Assembly: GCA_964597435.1 (NCBI GenBank) | Contig: CAZQXH010000007.1 | Span: forward strand, 1-64,000 | Direction: 5' to 3' | From: an uncultured Coxiellaceae bacterium | Lineage (GTDB): Bacteria; Pseudomonadota; Gammaproteobacteria; DSM-16500 | Length of the DNA stretch: 64,000 nucleotides | In this document: piece after piece, positions 57,770 to 64,000 of the stretch | Layout: each line of letters starts with the position of its first letter | How positions within the stretch are numbered: the stretch's first letter is position 1 | The notes under the pieces: model-generated | Seen by the model: the letters and a program-made list of their open reading frames with translations, nothing else | Told to the model about the DNA's origin: nothing | The model's database searches: none | Translations under genes and position numbers: made by a program

Positions 57770-58105
57770 ATGACAGAAGAATTACATCAAATCCGTTGCG
57801 TTGGCTGTGAAGGCGGGATTCCCGCGATGACCAGCGATGAGATTACCGCGCTACTTCCTAAAATTCCCGGTTGGGAAGTGAGTGCGGATAAAAAGCAATT
57901 GAGCCGCCGTTATACCTTTAAGGGCTTTTATAAGACCATGGCCTTTGTCAATGCAATCGCATGGATTGCCAATCAAGAAAATCACCACCCGGATTTAGAG
58001 GTAGGTTATAATTATTGCTTGGTGAAATATACCACCCATGCGGTCGATGGGTTGACCCAAAATGATTTCATTTGCGCCGCGAAAGTGAACCAGCTAGACG
58101 CTTAA
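57770..58105 (+). CDS. phhB: Pterin-4a-carbinolamine dehydratase.
   Basis: 111 aa with the PCD motif E...HHPD...Y...L..H. Confidence 0.85.
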   Translation: MTEELHQIRCVGCEGGIPAMTSDEITALLPKIPGWEVSADKKQLSRRYTFKGFYKTMAFVNAIAWIANQENHHPDLEVGYNYCLVKYTTHAVDGLTQNDFICAAKVNQLDA

Positions 58106-58161
58106 CGTTTCATCTACATGGATGATGGCTTTAGCCTTAAATAGCAAATCAAAGGATTGAT

Positions 58162-59292
58162 ATGTTAACAATTGGCATCCCCAAAGAAACCGCAGCAGGC
58201 GAAACACGAGTCGCTGCGGTTCCCGATTCCATTCAAAAACTCATTAAAGCGGGCATGGCTGTAACGGTTGAGGCCGGTGCGGGCCTGAAAGCGCATTTAA
58301 GTGATGCCCAGTTTGAACAAGCCGGAGCAAAAATTGCGGCGGACGCGAAAGCAGTGTATTCCGCCAATATCATCATGAAAGTGGTGCGGCCAGAAGGCAA
58401 TGAATGGGATTTATTAAATCCTGAGACCATTTTAATTGCACCGCTTTATGCCAATCGTGATCCGGCCATTGTCGAGCACTGCATAAAACGCCGCCTGAGT
58501 GCGTTTTCGCTTGATTTAATTCCCCGCATTGCACGTGCACAATCCATGGATATTTTAAGTTCCATGAGTAATTTAGCCGGCTACAAAAGTGTTTTATTAG
58601 CGGCTGACCATCTCGATAAAATCTTTCCCATGTTAACCACGGCAGCTGGCACCATTATTCCTGCGCGAGTGATGGTGATTGGTGCCGGTGTTGCCGGGTT
58701 GCAAGCGATTGCAACGGCAAGGCGCTTGGGCGCGGTGGTTATTGCATGTGATACTAGGCCAGCCGCTGCAGAACAAGTAAAAAGTTTAGGTGCCGAATTT
58801 TTTTCACTCGAAACCACGCATGAAGCGCAAGATGCGGGCGGGTATGCTAAAGAACAAACGGCTGCATTTTATCAACACGAACAAGATATCATTCAAAAAC
58901 AGTTAGCAAACGTGGATGTTGTGATCACAACCGCACTTATTCCAGGTAAACGCGCGCCGATATTAATTACGAAGGCAATGCTGAAAACCATGCGCCCGGG
59001 TGCGGTGATTGTTGATTTAGCGACAGAACAATCTGGCAACTGTGAAGCAACGCAGCCTGGAAAAATCGTGCAAGAGGACGGGGTGACCCTGATTGGTTTA
59101 CTGAATTTACCCAGCCTCTTACCTGTCCATGCTAGTCAATTATATGCACGCAATTTACAAACGTTTGTCACGTATCTCGCGCCACAACTTAATGCCGCTG
59201 AACCAGACAATAGCGATGAAATTATTAAACACTCATTAATCACATGGCGCGGTGCGGTGGTAAACCCGCAATTTGCCGCGAAAAAGGAGTAA
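58162..59292 (+). CDS. pntAA: NAD(P) transhydrogenase alpha subunit, part 1 (AlaDH/PNT domain).
   Basis: NAD-binding motif GAGVAGL. 376 aa. Confidence 0.9.
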   Translation: MLTIGIPKETAAGETRVAAVPDSIQKLIKAGMAVTVEAGAGLKAHLSDAQFEQAGAKIAADAKAVYSANIIMKVVRPEGNEWDLLNPETILIAPLYANRDPAIVEHCIKRRLSAFSLDLIPRIARAQSMDILSSMSNLAGYKSVLLAADHLDKIFPMLTTAAGTIIPARVMVIGAGVAGLQAIATARRLGAVVIACDTRPAAAEQVKSLGAEFFSLETTHEAQDAGGYAKEQTAAFYQHEQDIIQKQLANVDVVITTALIPGKRAPILITKAMLKTMRPGAVIVDLATEQSGNCEATQPGKIVQEDGVTLIGLLNLPSLLPVHASQLYARNLQTFVTYLAPQLNAAEPDNSDEIIKHSLITWRGAVVNPQFAAKKE

Positions 59293-59295
59293 GTC

Positions 59296-59601
59296 ATGCC
59301 AGAACAAGTCGGCTTGCTTGATATTTATATTTTTATTCTCGCCGGTTTTTTAGGATTTCAGCTAATCTCGCGCATCCCTGCGTTGTTGCACACACCCCTC
59401 ATGGCAGCAACGAATGCCATTTCTGGGATTGCACTCGTTGGCTCGATTGTCGTTGCCGGGGAAAATTACGATTTACTGACTAACGTCTTAGCCTGTATTG
59501 CTGTCGTTTGCTCAACCATTAACGTGGTCGGCGGTTTTTTAATTACCGATCGTATTTTGCAAATGTTTAAGAAAGATAAACCAACGAGTAAACAATCATG
59601 A
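59296..59601 (+). CDS. pntAB: NAD(P) transhydrogenase alpha subunit, part 2 (membrane).
   Basis: 101 aa with 3 TM helices. Its end overlaps the start of pntB. Confidence 0.85.
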   Translation: MPEQVGLLDIYIFILAGFLGFQLISRIPALLHTPLMAATNAISGIALVGSIVVAGENYDLLTNVLACIAVVCSTINVVGGFLITDRILQMFKKDKPTSKQS

Positions 59602-60986
59602 GCATTATTGATATTGCGTATCTTCTTGCGACGGTTTTTTTTATTTTGGGGATTAAATCGTTAAATTCGCCAGAAACAGCGCGTCGCGGCATGAATTTAG
59701 CGGCGCTCGGTATGTTAATTGCGATTGTGGGAACGCTCTTTAATCATCACATTGTTACTTATACGTGGATTATCGTCGGTTTAATTCTTGGCACGTTATT
59801 AAGTTTACCGATTTCACTTAACATTCCCATGACCAAAATTCCACAGCGGATTGCTTTATCGCACGCAGGGGGAGCGCTCGCTGCCTGTTTAATTGGTATT
59901 GCGGAATACCATCGCTACAACGGGGTTTTAACGGCAGGCAGCATGGGTGTGGTCGCCATTGAAGTCATGTTGGGTGCGCTGACTTTTACGGGTAGTTTAA
60001 TGGTGGCAGGCAAATTACACGGGGTTTTGCCCGCGCAACCGATTACCTATAAAGGCCAAAATTTCGTTAACATTTCCCTTTTTATCGCCATGGTTGGCAT
60101 GGTGGTGTGGCTGAGTTTCCATCCAACATTGAACGCTTTATTTTATGTGATATTAAGTTTAGCCTTTTTCTTTGGGGTCTTTTTAGTGACACCCATTGGT
60201 GCTGCTGATATGCCGGTCGTCATTGCCATTTTTAATTCTTACGGCGGTTTGACCGGCGCCGTAATGGGTTTTATGTTAGCCAATCGCATTCAAATCATTA
60301 CCGGTGCCTTAGACGGCGCATCCGGTTTTATTTTATCGATGATTATGTGCCGAGCGATGAATCGTTCATTAACGAACGTTTTATTCGGTGCCTTTGGTAA
60401 AGCAGAACCTGATAGCCCGGACGCAAAAGCAGCCGGCGGTGATCAAGCGGTACAATCGTTAACCGTTGAAGAAGCATTGCCGTTTTTTGAAGAAGCGCGC
60501 TCGGTTATTATCGCACCGGGTTATGGCATGGCCGCTTCACAAGCCCATCATGCCTTACGCGAATTCGTTGATAAATTAAAAGCAAATGGCGTGAATGTAA
60601 AATATGCGATTCACCCTGTAGCGGGACGAATGCCAGGACACATGAATGTGTTATTGGCCGAAGCCAATGTGCCTTACACGGATTTATTTGACATGGATGA
60701 GGTTAATTCCGAATTCCCCAATGCAGATATTGCCTTGGTGGTTGGCGCTAACGATGTCACCAATCCGTCTGCTCGCCATGTGAAATCAAGCCCCATTTAT
60801 GGCATGCCGATTTTAGACGTGGACAAAGCAAAACGGGTGATTGTTTTAAAACGCAGTATGAACCCGGGTTTTTCTGGCGTTGAAAATGAATTATATACGC
60901 ATGACAATACCTGGCTATTATTTGGTGATGCGAAAGATACTCTGACCAAATTAGCGTACGGATTTAAACGCGCTTGGAGCGGTTAG
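59598..60986 (+). CDS. pntB: NAD(P) transhydrogenase beta subunit.
   Basis: 462 aa with an N-terminal TM domain and a C-terminal NADP(H)-binding domain. Confidence 0.9.
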   Translation: MSIIDIAYLLATVFFILGIKSLNSPETARRGMNLAALGMLIAIVGTLFNHHIVTYTWIIVGLILGTLLSLPISLNIPMTKIPQRIALSHAGGALAACLIGIAEYHRYNGVLTAGSMGVVAIEVMLGALTFTGSLMVAGKLHGVLPAQPITYKGQNFVNISLFIAMVGMVVWLSFHPTLNALFYVILSLAFFFGVFLVTPIGAADMPVVIAIFNSYGGLTGAVMGFMLANRIQIITGALDGASGFILSMIMCRAMNRSLTNVLFGAFGKAEPDSPDAKAAGGDQAVQSLTVEEALPFFEEARSVIIAPGYGMAASQAHHALREFVDKLKANGVNVKYAIHPVAGRMPGHMNVLLAEANVPYTDLFDMDEVNSEFPNADIALVVGANDVTNPSARHVKSSPIYGMPILDVDKAKRVIVLKRSMNPGFSGVENELYTHDNTWLLFGDAKDTLTKLAYGFKRAWSG

Positions 60987-61069
60987 CTTAATTGGTTGAC
61001 CACCGCATTTTTAAATTCTTTTGGACGACCATAGTTTTTCAATAGCAACAAATCAGCAATCACAAGGAA

Positions 61070-61798
61070 GTGGCTCACGTGCTTAAATATAAAATGCTTC
61101 TAGCTACCACTAGCTTATTGGTTTTAACTCATCTGACACACGCTGCGGTGGTAACACTCTCTCCCGGCTTTGGGTATGCCAAAAACAGCCATAAACAAAC
61201 ATTACAGCTGCAAACCTCTCCGCAAGATTTAAGTAATCAATATGTTGCTAACAATAACTGGAATGGCACTTTTTCTCCGACAGTATTTATTGGAAAAGAA
61301 TTTAATCGGGAATGGCTAAAACTTCACCTAGGATTAACGCTAGGCTATGTTGATGATGCTGGGGGAGACGGCATAATTAATCAATTTTCATTACCTGACT
61401 TTGATAATTTGAATTATCAATATGACATACAAAGTTTTTCTGCAATGGCCACTTTGAAACTATTTTTTTTAGCGAGTCAACGGTGGCAACCCTATATCGA
61501 TGGTAGTATGGGACTTTCAAATAACTATGCTGCAAATTATCAGGAATTACCTCGTATACTCGGCGCTGAACCCATGAGTCCCTACCGCAATCATAGTGTG
61601 AATAGTTTTGCCTATAGCGTTGGTGCAGGACTTATGTATACCCTTAATCCATCGGTCGCAGCAGGATTAGGTTATCAATTTGCAGATCTTGGTAGAGCGA
61701 AGCTAGGTGTATCAGACGCACAACAAACTAGGCAAACTCCCAGTATCAATCATCTATTCTTGCATCAGTTACTAATCAATATTACCTGGAACACCTAA
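61070..61798 (+). CDS. Putative outer-membrane beta-barrel protein with a signal peptide.
   Basis: The track start at 61070 is a GTG. The GTG at 61079 and the ATG at 61094 are alternatives. Hydrophobic leader LLATTSLLVLTHLTHAAV; amphipathic beta pattern; aromatic-rich C-terminus. Confidence 0.5.
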   Translation: MAHVLKYKMLLATTSLLVLTHLTHAAVVTLSPGFGYAKNSHKQTLQLQTSPQDLSNQYVANNNWNGTFSPTVFIGKEFNREWLKLHLGLTLGYVDDAGGDGIINQFSLPDFDNLNYQYDIQSFSAMATLKLFFLASQRWQPYIDGSMGLSNNYAANYQELPRILGAEPMSPYRNHSVNSFAYSVGAGLMYTLNPSVAAGLGYQFADLGRAKLGVSDAQQTRQTPSINHLFLHQLLINITWNT

Positions 61799-61809
61799 AA
61801 AGGATTGTC

Positions 61810-63801
61810 ATGAAATTAAAATACCTGCTGCTGTGTGCTGGAGTATTTGTTTCACCTGCATTTTGCGCTAAAAATATTTTTAAGTTAGTGCCTATCGTGA
61901 AAGCACCAAACATTATTTATGCTGGGCAGACTGCCGTTGCCTCTTATAAATTAACTAATAATTCACCATTAAATTTGCAAAATATTGGCGTTCACAATTT
62001 GCCAGCCGGTGTAAGACAAGATCCCGTTGGTGCAGGTCTTTCAAATGGATTAATTACGTGTCGTGCAACTTTTAGTTTGGCGCCGTCTGCCAGCTGTTTA
62101 TTGAAATTGGTTATTAATGCCGATCAAATGTCCGCCCCTATACTATCAGGCCCCACCGTTTGCCAAAATGCTTCTTCTCCTCATCCTACTTATTGTTCCA
62201 CGCCGGATAGTACCGACAATGTACTAAATATCATTAAACAAAATTCCATACCCAGCACAGCGCCCACACTTAGTCTCAGCGCTAATAATCTTTCGTTAGT
62301 GACGGGCGGTTTGGAAACGATTACTGTCACCAATACTTCCCATTCAGTAACCGTGAATAATATTCGTGCCGATTTTTCGGACACGCCTTTAGCCAATAAA
62401 GTGCAAACGATCACGCCTAATCCTGGCGGCGGTAATGAATGCACATCGGTGGCACCTGGTGAGAGTTGCGTTCTATCACTAGTCAGTTATAGTCAGGCAC
62501 CTTTGTTACCTTTATCCACTTTTACTATTCAAGGTGCTAATAGTAAAAAAGCGTTAGCCTCAGCTTCCGTGGCCTTTGCCTCTCCCAGCGTTATTTATCA
62601 ACAATTACAAAACAACCCAGTAACAAATGCCGATGTTTGGGATAATACACCTAAAATCATGTCTGCTAATTATGCATTTGAAGGTATTCAAGCTGCACCC
62701 AATGGAAGCAATTATGTCATCAACGCAGGTGGTGCCTGGAATATTATCTCAACACCTGGTGCTGCTTATGCGGCATTTACTGCCACAGGCGATACCGCAA
62801 CCATCGCGAATGCTTATGGCTATACTGTGTATTATGACGATGCGATGCCTATCTGTTTTAGCCAACCTATTTTACCCAGCACAGTCAACCCCACTGATTT
62901 TCAACTGACGTTAAATACAGGAGCGGTGGTTACACCAAATGTTGCTTCATTGTCTCCTAATTTTTTCTTTAATGAAAATAGTTGTGTCGTTATCTTTGGT
63001 CCATTTGGTAATCGCATTCCACCCGGTGAAGAAGGCGCTGTTTATCCAACGACTGTTAGTATCGTGCAAGGTTCATCGAACGGTACAGCGATCAACTTAA
63101 CACTGATTGGCCCGGGCAATGTACTAACCAATATGGTGGGCGCAAGTATTAAGAGCGGCAATCCATATTTAGCCAATGGCGGCCCCAGCTTATTGGCAGC
63201 AAAAATTAGTGTCATGTCAGACGCCGGACAAAATACTTTGCCAGCCTTGAATGGCAATGTACCGAATGACGGTATCGCATTATATGGCGCATCCAATGCG
63301 CAATATCGTTTGCGCATGTATACCTCGGGTGGTTTTGCGCTAGGCAATTTTACACCTTCTAGCAATCGGCCCATGAGTTTAATGCCAAGTGACTACAGTA
63401 ATTTTTTTCGTGTACAAGTGGGGCCAGATAACAATCCTATCTATCTTTATAAAACCGGAGTGGTATATACGATTCCTGGGTATGGCACCATTCAAGTGGT
63501 AGGTTTAGCGAGCTTGGGTAAAGCCGGAACTGCAGAGAATGATGCTTACGTTGCCGATAACAATAATTATATTGATGTTATATTGAAAGGAGATGAGGCC
63601 GCTATGCGCCAAATTACTTATCTCGATATTCCCGCTGGCGGAGTCAATCCCGCGACTAACACACCTTATTTAAAGCTGTATAATCCTGGCGGCCCTGGTA
63701 ATAATCCAACCCCGGGAATTTTCTATTCGCAGCCCGGCCCCGCTGTACATATGCAAGTAACACAAGCTATCGATGATCCTAATACGGTAACGTATCCATA
63801 G
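61810..63801 (+). CDS. Large secreted or surface protein (663 aa) with a signal peptide and a Thr/Ser/Asn/Gly-rich beta structure.
   Basis: Signal peptide MKLKYLLLCAGVFVSPAFCA. No recognisable catalytic motif. Confidence 0.5.
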   Translation: MKLKYLLLCAGVFVSPAFCAKNIFKLVPIVKAPNIIYAGQTAVASYKLTNNSPLNLQNIGVHNLPAGVRQDPVGAGLSNGLITCRATFSLAPSASCLLKLVINADQMSAPILSGPTVCQNASSPHPTYCSTPDSTDNVLNIIKQNSIPSTAPTLSLSANNLSLVTGGLETITVTNTSHSVTVNNIRADFSDTPLANKVQTITPNPGGGNECTSVAPGESCVLSLVSYSQAPLLPLSTFTIQGANSKKALASASVAFASPSVIYQQLQNNPVTNADVWDNTPKIMSANYAFEGIQAAPNGSNYVINAGGAWNIISTPGAAYAAFTATGDTATIANAYGYTVYYDDAMPICFSQPILPSTVNPTDFQLTLNTGAVVTPNVASLSPNFFFNENSCVVIFGPFGNRIPPGEEGAVYPTTVSIVQGSSNGTAINLTLIGPGNVLTNMVGASIKSGNPYLANGGPSLLAAKISVMSDAGQNTLPALNGNVPNDGIALYGASNAQYRLRMYTSGGFALGNFTPSSNRPMSLMPSDYSNFFRVQVGPDNNPIYLYKTGVVYTIPGYGTIQVVGLASLGKAGTAENDAYVADNNNYIDVILKGDEAAMRQITYLDIPAGGVNPATNTPYLKLYNPGGPGNNPTPGIFYSQPGPAVHMQVTQAIDDPNTVTYP

Positions 63802-64000
63802 TTTGGTTTTGTTGCAAAAATCGGCTTCTGCCAATCGCACTGATGGAGGCGGTTGGTGAAGCCATGTTGTAATGTTTTGTGGTAATAAAACTGCCGCAAT
63901 GACACGCTTACCTAACCTTCGATACTTTATACGGGCGCAGGTAATGAAGTTTCTCGACCTCAGAGAAAAATTTAACTAATTCTCCTAATCGACCATCGAT

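Noticed and set aside
1-64000. tRNA, rRNA and CRISPR arrays
   Set aside because: All intergenic regions were scanned by eye. No T-loop GTTCGAATC-type tRNA signatures, no rRNA-like stretches and no regularly spaced direct repeats were seen. The TTCGAAC at about 17381 lies inside ettA coding sequence.

Overview
This 64 kb window reads as a Legionella-like gammaproteobacterial chromosome of about 40% GC. It is a mosaic of housekeeping blocks and accessory DNA. The housekeeping blocks are: gloB; ettA; the metNIQ-type methionine transporter; tamA-tamB; relA-hemB; dps-CBS-tdk; a complete tyrosine degradation operon (hpd/legiolysin, fah, maiA, hisC-like, hmgA); phhA-phhB; and pntAA-pntAB-pntB. The accessory DNA includes: an IS4-superfamily transposase beside a truncated reverse-transcriptase-like gene at the window start; a KfrA-N-like DNA-binding coiled-coil protein; a tyrosine recombinase followed by three orphan genes, one with a 93-nt tandem repeat; an ankyrin-repeat protein; a secreted CX5R phosphatase; and many large Legionella-type hypothetical proteins that could be effectors. 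Five things are not explained by the routine annotation and deserve a second look. (1) A three-gene minus-strand insert between the hmg operon and phhA: a DUF3800-like protein, a translationally coupled small partner and a dNK-like kinase, plus a convergent promoter-to-terminator sRNA candidate that overlaps the partner gene's 3' end. (2) An unannotated small secreted Cys-rich peptide gene, bracketed by a strong RBS, a terminator and a hairpin. (3) A 1030-aa SPFH/band-7 protein carrying about 7 tandem ~58-aa repeats. (4) A recurring family of GC-rich TCTCCC...GGGAGA intergenic hairpins. (5) The RT remnant at the window edge. No tRNA, rRNA or CRISPR array was found. All calls rest on reading the six-frame ORF track and motifs by eye; no database search was possible.
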